NCBI GenBank assembly: GCA_963805645.1
Contig: CAWDVA010000002.1
Span: 48,923-112,922 of the forward strand
Direction: 5' to 3'
DNA length: 64,000 nucleotides
Source: an uncultured Chloroflexia bacterium
GTDB taxonomy: Bacteria > Chloroflexota > Limnocylindria > QHBO01
Part shown: positions 46,001-55,272 of the stretch, piece after piece
How positions within the stretch are numbered: the first letter of the stretch is position 1
Layout: the number at the start of each line of letters is the position of its first letter
Notes under the pieces: model-generated
Database searches by the model: none
What the model was told of the DNA's origin: nothing
The model's input: only the letters and a program-made list of their open reading frames with translations
Program-made: the position numbers and the translations under genes

Positions 46001-46417
46001 GGCGCGCTGACCCTGGGATTCGTGGCGGCCGCGCTCTTCGCCGCCATCGGCTTCGCGGTCTCCGCCGCGGTATCGGCGAGGGAGCGCATGACGGAGTTCG
46101 CCGTGCTGCGCGCCCTGGGGCTCTCGCAGGTGCAGCTGGCGGGCTGGCTCGCCGTTGAGCACGCCCTGCTCGTGGTCGTGAGCCTGGCGGCGGGGACCGG
46201 GCTGGGGCTGCTGCTGGGATGGCTGGTGCTGCCCTTTGCGACCATGAAGCGTGATCCGGGCCCGGTGCTGCCGGCGCCCATCCTGACCATTCCCTGGGAC
46301 AGCATCGCGCTCCTCGAGATGCTCGTCGTGGCGGTCCTGGCGGCGACGGTCCTGGTTCTCGTCGTCCTCCTGCGACGGGTGGGCCTTGGCAGCGCGCTGC
46401 GGCTGGGGGAGGACTGA
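43088..46417 (+). CDS. Large FtsX-like ABC permease
   Basis: Two FtsX-type TM blocks (RR.E...L.ARG; ER..EFAVLRALG) with large extracellular domains. Confidence 0.88.
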   Translation: MSMASLRLVLARIRADWVVTAAATLVILVATTLLSSGLIYADAVTLQGLRRSLADAPVRQANLQVSTRMTPAQAAAADAAVRGATTATLPVPAGVVRISESDSFALPQQPDDGVHNLAVFGDYQGIDAHASLVEGTWPQARTISTGPLEVAIPGRLAEDLGVAVGDTLTMPSRLNASLSVTVRVTGIYRIDDPADPYWWAEPMALDGATESTNYTTYGPLMLADGDFGAVITADSAETDWRIFPHLSGVDLDGLAPLRAGVARMDGTLTTAIDEVVAQAPDLTVSTGLVPMIDDLQRALLATRTGVLLLLVQLVALAAYALLLTAGLMIEQRRVESAMLHARGAATGQLVAQALIEGFVLAVPTAAVAPWLAAFALRLFNRFGPLADIGLTIDPQVSVASYVVAGLGALLAVGALVAPAIRAARSLSAASRAKGRQASRGMAQRVGLDLALVIAAAVGLWQLRLYGGALTSTFRGGLGIDPLLVAAPAIGLIAGSILALRLIPLLAQVAEALVSRRRSAVASLGAWQLARRPLRYSRAALLLTLTVALGGFATLYIATWSGSQRDQAAREVGADIRVEPDHRSGAMPLTALDGAYGALPGTTAVMPARRGTLSVFAAGGSVELLALDAATAPGVVAWRADEAAQPLAALMAPLVAARPLLDGPVLPGTPARIAVDVGVALEPPPRMPPGRDPPVVPASGALRLLVTDGTGSVHLVALGDVNLVDGTQRIERTVGAAGPDGSWFALPAPVRLLSISLGIDLPGPNMQFNGTVTVRGIETSDAVEGDAWTAATLGGNWLTAEPGSVSLGTLGLAPAGHGELAMAIDTGVTRAGRRGPQYAIQQAGLRAVTAGAVPILANARFLTLVGAKTGGTLALDLGGGPEPVRISGVFDDFPTTDATMPIVIADLPTIQVQQAINSRPQVPTEWWLATAPATDAATAAALRAAPYSSTSVMDRAERAIALQTDPLALGVIGALTLGFVAAALFAAIGFAVSAAVSARERMTEFAVLRALGLSQVQLAGWLAVEHALLVVVSLAAGTGLGLLLGWLVLPFATMKRDPGPVLPAPILTIPWDSIALLEMLVVAVLAATVLVLVVLLRRVGLGSALRLGED

Positions 46418-46420
46418 CCG

Positions 46421-49225
46421 ATGGCGCTGCTGCCGCCACGCCGTCGCAACCCGCTCGCCGCGGCGTGGGCGATCCTCTGGCTCTCCGTCCGGCGGTTCCG
46501 CAGCGAGCCGCTGCTCCCGCTCCTGGCGGTGGTCATGGTGGCGGTGAGCGCCGGGATCCTGGCCGCCGCGCCGCGCATAGCAAACCGCGCCGCGGACGAC
46601 GAGGTCCGCGCGGCGCTGCGAGATGCGACCCCGCTGCAGCGCAACGTGCAGCTGTCCGGGATCGACGTCATCCAGTCCACCGGCGAGCTGGTCGACCGCA
46701 CGACCCGGCTGCTGCACAGCATGGAGGCGCCGCTCCAGGCGGTGATCACCGGGAGCAACTGGGCCGCCCTCTCCGTGCGGTTCAACGCCGATGTCCCGAA
46801 CAGCACGGCCTACAGCGAGAAGCCGGTCCAGATGGTGCTGACCGACCGCAGCGGCCTGGACGGCGAGGTCACCGTGGTCAAGGGCGTGCTCCCCGGCGGC
46901 GACCGCTGCGGATGCGAGGCCGACCCCGAGAACCCGACCGCCAACCCGATCCCGGTGGGAATCGCCATCTCCGACACGACCGCCACCTTCCTCTCCTGGG
47001 ACGTTGGCGACGTGGTCCCGCTGGCCGTTGACCCCAGCGACCCGCTCAGCTTCGCCGGCTTTGCCGCACCCCGCATCGACGCCACGGTCGTGGGCATCTT
47101 CCACGTTCGCCAGCCCACCGCCGAGTACTGGTTCGCCGACACGCGCCTGGCGAACGTCATCGAGACCAAGCCCGACCAGGGTGGCGTGGTGATCGCGGCT
47201 GCGCTGCTTGGCGATGGAGGGTTCGTGGACCTGGGACAGGCGACCCCGGTCTGGACCTACCAGCTCAACTACACCGTCGACGGGTCCGGGCTGGACGCCG
47301 GCCAGGCGGCGGCCGTCGGAGATGCCGCGCGCCGTCTCGCCACCGATCCGATGCTCCGGCGCTTCGGCGCACGCTTCTTCGGCGGCGCCATCACCGTGCA
47401 CACCTCGCTTCCCCAGATCCTGGCCCGGGCGGCCGAGGCCTTTGGGCAGACCCAGGCCGTGCTGCTCATCGCCCTGCTGGGCATCGGGTCGGTCGCCGCC
47501 ACCGCCCTTGCGTTGCTCGCCGTCCTGCTCGTGGCCCGGCGGCGCGAGGCCGCCGCGGTGATCCGCGGCCGGGGCGGGTCGCGCGTCGAGCTGGCCCTGC
47601 CCCAGGTCATCGAGGCCTTCGCCCTGGCGCTCGTGGGCGGCGGGACGGGCTGGTACCTCGCTGAGCGGCTCATCCCGGCGCGGGACAGTGACATCTCCGC
47701 TCTGGCGGCGCTCGGCATGGTGCTCGTGGGCGGCGCCGCGGTGAGCATCGCCGTCCTGGGCCAGGCGCGGCGCGGACAGCGGGAGCTCGAGCGCGACGAG
47801 CGCCACCTCCAACGCCTCTCCCCCCGCAGGCTCGTGGCCGAAGGGCTGGTGGTGGCGGGGGCGGCGGCCGGCGTGTTCCTCGTCCGCCAGCGCGGCTTCA
47901 CGGTGGGTCCCAACGGGCCGGATCCCTTCCTGGCACTGGCGCCAGGCCTCGCCGCCCTGGCGGTGGGCCTCGTTGTCCTGCGCCTCTATCCGCTGCCCGT
48001 TGCGCTGGTTGCCGCGCTGGCGGCCCGCGGACGAGGGCTGGTGGCCGCCCTGGGCCTCGGTCGGGCGGCTCGCCGCCCGGACGCGGCCCGGCTGCCGATC
48101 CTCGCCGTGCTCCTGGCCGCGGCGATGGCCAGCTTCGCCGGGGTCGTCACCGCCAGCATGGCGTCGGCGCAGGAGATCGCTTCGTGGCAGCAGCTCGGCG
48201 CCGACGTCCGGGTCACCGCCTCGGCGGGCGCCAACCTCGCGGGCGCCAACCTCACGAACCTGCCCGGTGCCTCGGCGGTGGCAACGGCCAGCCTCAGCAC
48301 GTCCGTCCCCTTCAGCGTCCTGGGATCGGGCGGCGGGTCCGTGCGCATGATCGGCGTGGACGCGGCGTCGTTCACCGACGTCACCGCCGGCACGCCGGCC
48401 GCCATGGTCTTCCCGCCGGGCTTCGCCGGAAGCACCGCGGACGGCTCGCAGGACGACCCCATCCCGGCCGTGACCACCTACCAGATCCCGGGCAGCCGCA
48501 ACCAGTTCGCCGTCGGCGCCCGCTTCGTGCTGGCGTTCAGCGGGAAGGGCGTCAACTTCGTGGTGGCCGCGGTCCGCGACGGGATTCCCGGCCTGGTGGC
48601 GGGTGGTGGCTGGGCCGTGGTCCCGTCGTCCGCGCTGGCCACCGTGTTCGGCGCCCAGGCGCCGCCTCCGACCATGGTCTTTGTTCGGGGTGCGCGTGCC
48701 GCGAACGCCGTGACGAGCGCGGTCCATGCCCGCGACCCGAACGCGACGGTGGAGACCCGGGCCGACGCGCTCGGGCGCCTGTCGCGGACGCCGCTGGCGA
48801 GCGCCGTGACGGACGGCTTCGGCCTGGCAGCGATCCTGGCGGCGGCGTTCGCGGCGCTGGCGGTGATCCTGGGCCTGGCGCTCAGCGGGCCGGAACGGGC
48901 GCGGGACACGGCGCGGCTGCGGACCATGGGCCTGGCGCCGGGCCAGATCCTGGGCCTGGCAGCGGTCGAGCAGCTGCCGCCGGTGATCGTGGCGCTCGCG
49001 GCGGGCGGCGCCTTCGGCATCGGGCTGGCCTGGCTGGTCCTGCCCGGGGTGGACCTCTCGGTCTTCACCGGCGGGGCGGTGGCCGTGCGGCTGATCGTGG
49101 ACCCGACGCGAACCGCGGTGCTGCTGGGCGCCGTCTTCGCCACGGTCCTGGTGGGTGTGCTGCTGGCGGCGGCGGCCGACCGCAGGCGGCAGCTGGGACG
49201 CGCGCTGCGCGTGGGTGAAGAATGA
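46421..49225 (+). CDS. Large FtsX-like ABC permease (second subunit)
   Basis: Same architecture; RRRE....RGRG, RLRTMG. Confidence 0.88.
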   Translation: MALLPPRRRNPLAAAWAILWLSVRRFRSEPLLPLLAVVMVAVSAGILAAAPRIANRAADDEVRAALRDATPLQRNVQLSGIDVIQSTGELVDRTTRLLHSMEAPLQAVITGSNWAALSVRFNADVPNSTAYSEKPVQMVLTDRSGLDGEVTVVKGVLPGGDRCGCEADPENPTANPIPVGIAISDTTATFLSWDVGDVVPLAVDPSDPLSFAGFAAPRIDATVVGIFHVRQPTAEYWFADTRLANVIETKPDQGGVVIAAALLGDGGFVDLGQATPVWTYQLNYTVDGSGLDAGQAAAVGDAARRLATDPMLRRFGARFFGGAITVHTSLPQILARAAEAFGQTQAVLLIALLGIGSVAATALALLAVLLVARRREAAAVIRGRGGSRVELALPQVIEAFALALVGGGTGWYLAERLIPARDSDISALAALGMVLVGGAAVSIAVLGQARRGQRELERDERHLQRLSPRRLVAEGLVVAGAAAGVFLVRQRGFTVGPNGPDPFLALAPGLAALAVGLVVLRLYPLPVALVAALAARGRGLVAALGLGRAARRPDAARLPILAVLLAAAMASFAGVVTASMASAQEIASWQQLGADVRVTASAGANLAGANLTNLPGASAVATASLSTSVPFSVLGSGGGSVRMIGVDAASFTDVTAGTPAAMVFPPGFAGSTADGSQDDPIPAVTTYQIPGSRNQFAVGARFVLAFSGKGVNFVVAAVRDGIPGLVAGGGWAVVPSSALATVFGAQAPPPTMVFVRGARAANAVTSAVHARDPNATVETRADALGRLSRTPLASAVTDGFGLAAILAAAFAALAVILGLALSGPERARDTARLRTMGLAPGQILGLAAVEQLPPVIVALAAGGAFGIGLAWLVLPGVDLSVFTGGAVAVRLIVDPTRTAVLLGAVFATVLVGVLLAAAADRRRQLGRALRVGEE

Positions 49226-49247
49226 CGCGACGGAGGAAGATGGACCC

Positions 49248-50246
49248 ATGACCCGAACGCCGACCACGTCGGTCGACCTGCAGCGCCTGCTGGATCAGCG
49301 CGGCAACCCCGACCAGCCGCGCTTCGGCGCGGGGGCCGAGATCGTCTGCGACGGCCTGGTGAAGATCTACAAGGTCGCCGACCTCGAGGTGGTGGCCCTC
49401 CAGGGGCTTGACCTGCTCGTCGAGCCGGGCGAGCTTATCGCCATCGTCGGAGCCTCGGGGTCGGGGAAGAGCACCCTGCTCAACATCCTGGCCGGCCTGG
49501 ACGTTCCCTCGGCGGGTCGCGCACTGGTTGCGGGGCATGACCTGCTGTCCATGAAGGAGCGCGAGCGCACCGCGTACCGCCGCGGGGTCATTGGCTTCGT
49601 CCGGCAGCAGACCGCGTCCAACCTGCTGCCCTACCTGTCCGCGCGCGAGAACGTTGAGCTGCCGATGTCGCTCGCCGGCGTGCGCGCCGGCGCCCGGCGC
49701 TCTCGCGCCGAGGAGCTCCTCGAGCAGGTGGGCCTCGCGCGTCGGGCGGGCCACCGGCCGGACCGGTTGTCCGGCGGCGAGCAGCAGCGGGTGGCCATCG
49801 CGGTGGCGCTGGCCACCGGACCGCGCGTGCTCCTCGCCGACGAGCCCACCGGCGAGCTCGACTCGGTGACCGCCGGCGAGATCTTCGGCCTCATGCGTCG
49901 GGCGTCCGAGCTGTACCACGTCACCGTGGTGATCGTGACCCACGACCCGCAGGTCGCCGATCACGTGGATCGAACCGTGGCGATCCGCGATGGACGGACC
50001 GCCTCCGAGACGCTGCGCCGGGTCGAGGCCGGCGACGACGGGGAGCACCGGATCATCAGCGAGGAGTACGCCATGCTCGACCGGGCCGGGCGCCTCCAGC
50101 TCCCGCGCGAGCACATCGAGGCGCTCCACCTCGAGCGGCGCGTGCGCCTCCTGCTGGAGCCCACCCATGTCGGCGTGTGGCCCGATGGCAGTGATGGACC
50201 GATGCCGGCGCCGCCATCGGTCCCGGACGAGGAGGACGACGCATGA
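49248..50246 (+). CDS. ABC ATPase (LolD/MacB-like) with C-terminal extension
   Basis: [25 protein letters not shown]; tail LDRAGRLQLP. Confidence 0.92.
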   Translation: MTRTPTTSVDLQRLLDQRGNPDQPRFGAGAEIVCDGLVKIYKVADLEVVALQGLDLLVEPGELIAIVGASGSGKSTLLNILAGLDVPSAGRALVAGHDLLSMKERERTAYRRGVIGFVRQQTASNLLPYLSARENVELPMSLAGVRAGARRSRAEELLEQVGLARRAGHRPDRLSGGEQQRVAIAVALATGPRVLLADEPTGELDSVTAGEIFGLMRRASELYHVTVVIVTHDPQVADHVDRTVAIRDGRTASETLRRVEAGDDGEHRIISEEYAMLDRAGRLQLPREHIEALHLERRVRLLLEPTHVGVWPDGSDGPMPAPPSVPDEEDDA

Positions 50247-50962
50247 CCGCCGTCGCCGCCCCAACCCTGCTCGCCGCCAGCGGGCTCGTCCGCGACTACC
50301 CGGTGGGAGACTCCGTGGTGCACGCCCTGCGAGGGATCGACCTCGCCGTGGAGCGCGGCATGCTCGTCGTCGTGCAGGGGCGATCCGGCTCCGGCAAGAC
50401 GACCCTGCTCAACATCCTCGGCGGCCTGGACCGGCCCACCCGGGGGAGCGTCCTGCTCGATGGCGAGGAGCTCACGCGCCTTCCCGAGTCGACCCTGGTC
50501 CGGCTGCGTCGCACCCGGATCGCCTTCATCTTCCAGTCGTTCGGGCTGATCCCCATCCTCTCCGCCGCCGAGAACATCGAGGTGCCGATGCGCCTCGTGG
50601 GGCGCGATCCCCGCGAGCGCGCCGAGCGCGCCCGGCTGCTGCTGGACCTGGTGGGCATCGCCGACCGAGCGCGCCACCGGCCGCATGAGCTGTCGGGTGG
50701 GCAGCAGCAGCGCGTCGCCATCGCCCGCGCCCTTGCGAACTCGCCGGAGCTGCTGCTCGCCGACGAGCCGACCGGCCAGCTGGACTCGCAGACCGGCCGC
50801 GGGATCATGCGGCTCATGCGCGACCTGGTGGATGCCCACCGTGTCACCGCGCTGGTGGCGTCGCACGACCCCATCGTCCTCGAGGCGGCGGACCGCATTC
50901 TGCAGCTCTCGGACGGCACGATCGTCGGGGACCAGGCTGGTCTCACCCCTATGAAGCGCTGA
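50243..50962 (+). CDS. ABC ATPase (LolD/MacB-like)
   Basis: GRSGSGKT, LSGGQQQR, ADEPTGQLD. Confidence 0.92.
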   Translation: MTAVAAPTLLAASGLVRDYPVGDSVVHALRGIDLAVERGMLVVVQGRSGSGKTTLLNILGGLDRPTRGSVLLDGEELTRLPESTLVRLRRTRIAFIFQSFGLIPILSAAENIEVPMRLVGRDPRERAERARLLLDLVGIADRARHRPHELSGGQQQRVAIARALANSPELLLADEPTGQLDSQTGRGIMRLMRDLVDAHRVTALVASHDPIVLEAADRILQLSDGTIVGDQAGLTPMKR

Positions 50963-51046
50963 GGCCGTGTGCTAGCGTGGCGGGCCGCGGTCCGCCACGA
51001 CCATCGTTCATCCGCGACCGCAAGCGACGGAGGCACACCTGATCCC

Positions 51047-51463
51047 ATGACCTTCTCCAAGCTCGACGCGACCGACAAGCTGGCGGTGTACGGATCGTGC
51101 GCGGTGATCGTGGGGGCGATCGTCGGCGGCACGGTGACCTCCCTCGGCTGGCTCGCGTTCCTCGCCGCGATCGGCATGCTGGCCGTGGTCTTCCTGCCGC
51201 AGCTCGCGCCGTCGACGGCGTTGCCCGGCAGCAAGGGCAGCCTCATGGTCCTCTGCGGTGGCGCCGCGGCCGTGATCATGGTCCTTGGTCTGCTCACGGC
51301 CCTGAACTGGTTCGGCCTGTACTTCTCGGCGCTGCCGCTGCAGGCGATCTTCTTCCTGGTCGCCGTCGGCGGCGGGCTCACCATGGGCTGGGCCGGCTGG
51401 CAGGTCTTCCGGGCCGAGGGGGGCAAGTTCCAGATCGGCAACCCGCCGGGTCCGGGCGCCTAG
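51047..51463 (+). CDS. Hypothetical 4-TM membrane protein
   Basis: GGAGG RBS; four hydrophobic segments. Confidence 0.75.
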   Translation: MTFSKLDATDKLAVYGSCAVIVGAIVGGTVTSLGWLAFLAAIGMLAVVFLPQLAPSTALPGSKGSLMVLCGGAAAVIMVLGLLTALNWFGLYFSALPLQAIFFLVAVGGGLTMGWAGWQVFRAEGGKFQIGNPPGPGA

Positions 51464-51927
51464 CTCGTCGAGCAGCGGCGGGCGAGCAGGCCGGCCAGGT
51501 CGTCCGGCTCGCCCCACGCCTCCTCGGGCCCCGCGGGTACGCCGCCGCGCACGGGGCGAGCCTCCGCGAGGCGGCCTGCCACCGCATCCCCGGCCAGCCC
51601 GTCGTCTATGGCGTCAACCGCCCTGGCCAGGATGGAGCGCCGCCCCGCGTCACGCTCGATCGACGCGAGCCAGCGGAGGAGACCGGCGAGATCCGCCTGC
51701 GTCGCCTCCCAGGCCACCGGGGGTGGCTCGAGCGCCTCTTCGTAGTACGCGATGGCCGCCAGCAGGAGCTCATCGGTACGTGTCTCGCCCTCGCTCTCCG
51801 AGCGGCGCACCGTCCCGGCTGCATCACCGCATGCCAGGCGATAGCCACCCGCGTCGCGGGCGAACCCCACCCAGGCGGCGGCAGGCGCGCTCAGCGACCC
51901 CACCGCCACGACGAGCGGCTCGTCCAT
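51460..51927 (-). CDS. Hypothetical protein
   Basis: MDEPLVVAVGSL...LLLAAIAYYEEAL...EATQADL; fills the gap downstream of jag. Confidence 0.6.
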   Translation of the reverse strand: MDEPLVVAVGSLSAPAAAWVGFARDAGGYRLACGDAAGTVRRSESEGETRTDELLLAAIAYYEEALEPPPVAWEATQADLAGLLRWLASIERDAGRRSILARAVDAIDDGLAGDAVAGRLAEARPVRGGVPAGPEEAWGEPDDLAGLLARRCSTS

Positions 51928-51961
51928 TCCCCACCCTGCCCGGGTTCTGATCGAACCTGAG

Positions 51962-53014
51962 TCAGCCCTCCACCTTGCTCGCGGGCAGGATGACAATCCG
52001 GCGGCTGGGATCCACGCCGACGCTCTGGGTGCGCACCCTGGGATTGTCGACCAACGCCATGTGGACGATGCGCCGCTCCACGGCGGGCATCGCCTCGAGC
52101 TGGATGATCTTGCCGGTCTTCTGGACGCGTTCCGCCGCTCGCTTGGCGACGTCCCGCAGCTGGTCTTCCCGGCGACCGCGGTAGTTGCCGACGTCGACCG
52201 CAATCCGGTTGTGCTGGCCCTCCTTGCGGGCCAGGATCAGGTTGACGAGGTGCTGGAGGGACGCGAGCTTCTCCCCGCGGCGGCCAATGAGAACGCCCAG
52301 GTCGTCACCCTTGACGTTGAGCTTCGCCGTCTCGGTGCCCATCGTGATCTCGACCGTGCCGGAGAGGTCCATGAGGCGCAGCAGCTCCTCGAGGACCGCC
52401 TTGGCCTCTTCGAGCGCACCTCGCTCCGCGTCGGACAGCTCTTCCATGGGCTTGGCAGGCACGAAGGGCGCCGGCTCCCGGGCCGGGCGATCCCCACGCG
52501 CGGACCGCTCGTCACTCTCGGGGCGCTCCTCACGCGCGGGTCGCTCACCACCCTCGGGCTGTTCGGCACCCTGTGCCTCGGCGCGTTCCGTGCGACCGCC
52601 GCGACCACCGCGACCGCCGCGGGTCGGGCGCTCCGACGATGGGCTCCGGGTCCCGCGGCCCCGGCCACCCCGGCTCCCGCGCCTGCGCCCTTCCTCGGCC
52701 CGCGCCAGCTCCACCGCCTGGTCGGCGGCGGCGTCGCCTTCCTCCAGCTCGGCGACCGCGGCCGGTGCCGCGTCAACATCTGCCGACGGAGCTGCGGCGG
52801 CCGGCTCCGGCGCCTCGCGAACGCTCGACGCGGCGGCGACCGCGGAGCGGGGAGCGGCCAGGATCCGGGCCTCCTCGCCGCCGACGCCGAGGATGCCGCG
52901 GCTGCCCTGGGAGAGGATCTCGATGTCGAGGTCGGACAGGTCCGACTCGAACTCCTTCATCGCGGCGCGGATCGCCTCCTCGACGTTCTTGCCGGTGAAC
53001 TCTCGGAATGTCAT
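51962..53014 (-). CDS. jag: Jag/EloR (KhpB) RNA-binding protein
   Basis: Jag_N, KH (LIGRRG), R3H (ERRIVH). Confidence 0.95.
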   Translation of the reverse strand: MTFREFTGKNVEEAIRAAMKEFESDLSDLDIEILSQGSRGILGVGGEEARILAAPRSAVAAASSVREAPEPAAAAPSADVDAAPAAVAELEEGDAAADQAVELARAEEGRRRGSRGGRGRGTRSPSSERPTRGGRGGRGGRTERAEAQGAEQPEGGERPAREERPESDERSARGDRPAREPAPFVPAKPMEELSDAERGALEEAKAVLEELLRLMDLSGTVEITMGTETAKLNVKGDDLGVLIGRRGEKLASLQHLVNLILARKEGQHNRIAVDVGNYRGRREDQLRDVAKRAAERVQKTGKIIQLEAMPAVERRIVHMALVDNPRVRTQSVGVDPSRRIVILPASKVEG

Positions 53015-54204
53015 CGCTTGCGGCCTCGCTTCTTTCTGCCGGGGCGCGGAAGCGCTCCGCCGGCGCGTTGCTGCCCGCCTGGGCGCCGCTCGGTCTGGGG
53101 CTGCCCCGTGCGCGGGACCTGTCCCGCGGCAGGCGTGGATGGGGGTGGGGGTGGGCCGGCCGACCCGGCCCCGCCACGTGGCTCGCGTGAGGGGCGGACG
53201 CCCCCGACGGTGGCGAGCTGGTTACGGGCGAAGGGTGGGGTCCAGCCGAACAGGGGGAACAGGTTCCCCCAGCCCATGATCGTGTACTGCTGCATGACCA
53301 GGTAGGCGGTGTAGACGACCCAGTAGAGGATCAGGCCGCTCGCGAACAGACCGCCCCAGAAGATGGTGAGCAGCGGGAACAGGTACGTCATGGTGCTGGT
53401 GGCGCTCGACGTCGGGTCGTCGGAATTGGGCGTCGGCTGCGCCATCTTGACCTGCACGAACTGCAGGATCGCGGCGATCACCGCGATGAAGGACAGCCCG
53501 AAGCCCAGGATCGGAATCGCGAAGGCGTGGTCGGGCAGGGCCAGGTCCAGGTGAACACCGGTGAACGGGTTCACCAGCCACGGGACGGTGGTCGTGATCT
53601 GGCTGGACAGGTGGAGGGGATCGATCAGCTGGCAGTTGAGCGGCAGGAAGTGTGTGAACGCGCCGTTGAACTGCTCCAGGTTGCATGGCCCGCTGACGGG
53701 GGCGATGAACTGGGTTGTAGAGCCGGCGACCTGCTGGATGCCGGGGAGCGCCTGCTGGAGCGCCGTGAAGTCGGCCGACTTCACCTGGTCGGCGTTGAGG
53801 GTCACGATGTTCGAGGCCCGGATCAGCGCCTGGTACAGGGCCCACAGGATGGGCAGCTGGAACACGACCGGCAGGCAGCCCGCCGTGGGGCTGACGCCGT
53901 GCTCGCGGTAGAGCGCCATGGTCTCTTCCTGGGCCTTGGCGCGATTGCCCTTGTGCTTCCGCTGCACCTCCCGGACCAGCGGCTGCATCCGCTGCATCTC
54001 TTTCTGCGAGCGGATCTGCTGGATGAACAGCGGCGCCAGGATGGTGCGGATGACGATGGTGAAGACGATGATCGCCAGCGCGAAGTCGCTGAAGAGCAGG
54101 TGGTAGAAGCCGACCAGCAGGTTGAAGAGCGGCAGGTAGAAGATGTCCCAGGGGGGCGTGAAATGCTCGATCCCGAGGAAGCCGGCCGCGAGGGTGGGCG
54201 TCAT
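53011..54204 (-). CDS. yidC: Membrane protein insertase YidC
   Basis: AII.FTI.IR, M.LYREHG.SP..GCLP, GLILYW. Confidence 0.93.
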   Translation of the reverse strand: MTPTLAAGFLGIEHFTPPWDIFYLPLFNLLVGFYHLLFSDFALAIIVFTIVIRTILAPLFIQQIRSQKEMQRMQPLVREVQRKHKGNRAKAQEETMALYREHGVSPTAGCLPVVFQLPILWALYQALIRASNIVTLNADQVKSADFTALQQALPGIQQVAGSTTQFIAPVSGPCNLEQFNGAFTHFLPLNCQLIDPLHLSSQITTTVPWLVNPFTGVHLDLALPDHAFAIPILGFGLSFIAVIAAILQFVQVKMAQPTPNSDDPTSSATSTMTYLFPLLTIFWGGLFASGLILYWVVYTAYLVMQQYTIMGWGNLFPLFGWTPPFARNQLATVGGVRPSREPRGGAGSAGPPPPPSTPAAGQVPRTGQPQTERRPGGQQRAGGALPRPGRKKRGRKR

Positions 54205-54219
54205 GGGTTCACTCGCGTC

Positions 54220-54426
54220 CTATCGAACCGGGTCATAGCCGCCGGGATGGAGCGGGTGACAGCGGGAGATGCGTCGGACGCCCATCCACGAGCCACGCAG
54301 CAGCCCGTACTTCTCGATCGCCTGGTAGGTGTACACCGAGCAGGACGGCGTGTATCGGCAGCTGGGCGGCATCCAGGCCGTGAGGCGCTGGTAGGCCTTG
54401 ATCAGTCCGAGCCCGATGATCTTCAC
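54220..54426 (-). CDS. yidD: Membrane protein insertion efficiency factor
   Basis: [13 protein letters not shown]...GGYDPV. Confidence 0.96.
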   Translation of the reverse strand: MKIIGLGLIKAYQRLTAWMPPSCRYTPSCSVYTYQAIEKYGLLRGSWMGVRRISRCHPLHPGGYDPVR

Positions 54427-54764
54427 GTTCCGATCCCGATCTCCGATCGCCGGAGCACGTTGGCGAGCGCCTCGCGGAGCTCCGCGTAGGTCGCCTGCGC
54501 GGCGTCGGGCCGCGCGATCACCAGCAGGTCCCAGCCTGTCTCAAGTTGGCCGTAGCGCTCGCGGAAGAGCGCGCGCAATCGGCGTCGAACCCGGTTCCGC
54601 TCCACCGCTCCACCGAGCGATCGCGGGGTGCTGAGCCCGATCCTCGTCGTCGCTCCGGAGGTGCGCAGTGCCCGCAGCACCAGGAGCGGGTTGGATCGTG
54701 CCCTTCCGCCTCGCGCGAGAGCCTCGAAGTCCGCCTTGCGCCGGAGCATCGGGAAGGCCGGCAC
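54423..54764 (-). CDS. rnpA: RNase P protein
   Basis: [21 protein letters not shown]. Confidence 0.93.
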   Translation of the reverse strand: MPAFPMLRRKADFEALARGGRARSNPLLVLRALRTSGATTRIGLSTPRSLGGAVERNRVRRRLRALFRERYGQLETGWDLLVIARPDAAQATYAELREALANVLRRSEIGIGT

Positions 54765-54781
54765 GTTCGAGGGTCCGTGCG

Positions 54782-54916
54782 TCAGGCGGACAGCTTGGTG
54801 CGCCCCTTTGCTCGACGCCGGGCGAGCACGCGCCGACCACCCTTCGAAGCCATGCGGGCGCGGAAGCCATGCTCGCGCTTCCGGGCGCGCTTCTTGGGCT
54901 GGTACGTCTGCTTCAT
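54782..54916 (-). CDS. rpmH: 50S ribosomal protein L34 (not in ORF track)
   Basis: [44 protein letters not shown]. Confidence 0.97.
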   Translation of the reverse strand: MKQTYQPKKRARKREHGFRARMASKGGRRVLARRRAKGRTKLSA

Positions 54917-55042
54917 GGTGCGTGGGCTCTTTCCCGTGCGATGTTGACGGTACCGTCACGATTCCGGGCCATTAACACACGAACGGCTGGCGGGTGCCAG
55001 CCTCACGCGATGGACTTCGTCGCCCGGGTCGCTTCGGGGCGG

Positions 55043-55071
55043 ATCATACCGGCGGCCACCGGGCCCGTCAA
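55043..55071 (-). promoter_or_regulatory. Sigma70 promoter of the rpmH operon
   Basis: TTGACG-17 nt-TATGAT. Confidence 0.75.
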
Positions 55072-55272
55072 ACCTCCGAGGGCCGGGGATCGAAGGCCGA
55101 ACGGCTCCCTGCGCCGGGGTCGCATTGACCATTGTCGGTCCGGAAACTCGGCTGCTACACTACCGCGACCCCCGGTTCCGGAATGCGAGCTCTCGCGGTC
55201 TCCGGCTTCCCCGGAGGAGTACGATCCGGACCCTTTCCCCGCGGTGCCTTGTCGGACGGGAGACGTCGATTG

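Noticed and set aside
48224-48256. GCGGGCGCCAACCTC direct repeat
   Set aside because: Short coding duplication (AGANL x2) inside the permease
43838-49267. 1809-aa antisense ORF, and similar ones at 23052-26624, 18538-21255 and 15814-17910
   Set aside because: Shadow ORFs opposite clear genes; expected from high GC3 codon bias; no recognisable motifs
52590-52625. GACCGCCGC-like tandem repeats
   Set aside because: Encode RGG repeats in the Jag linker; not CRISPR or a mobile repeat
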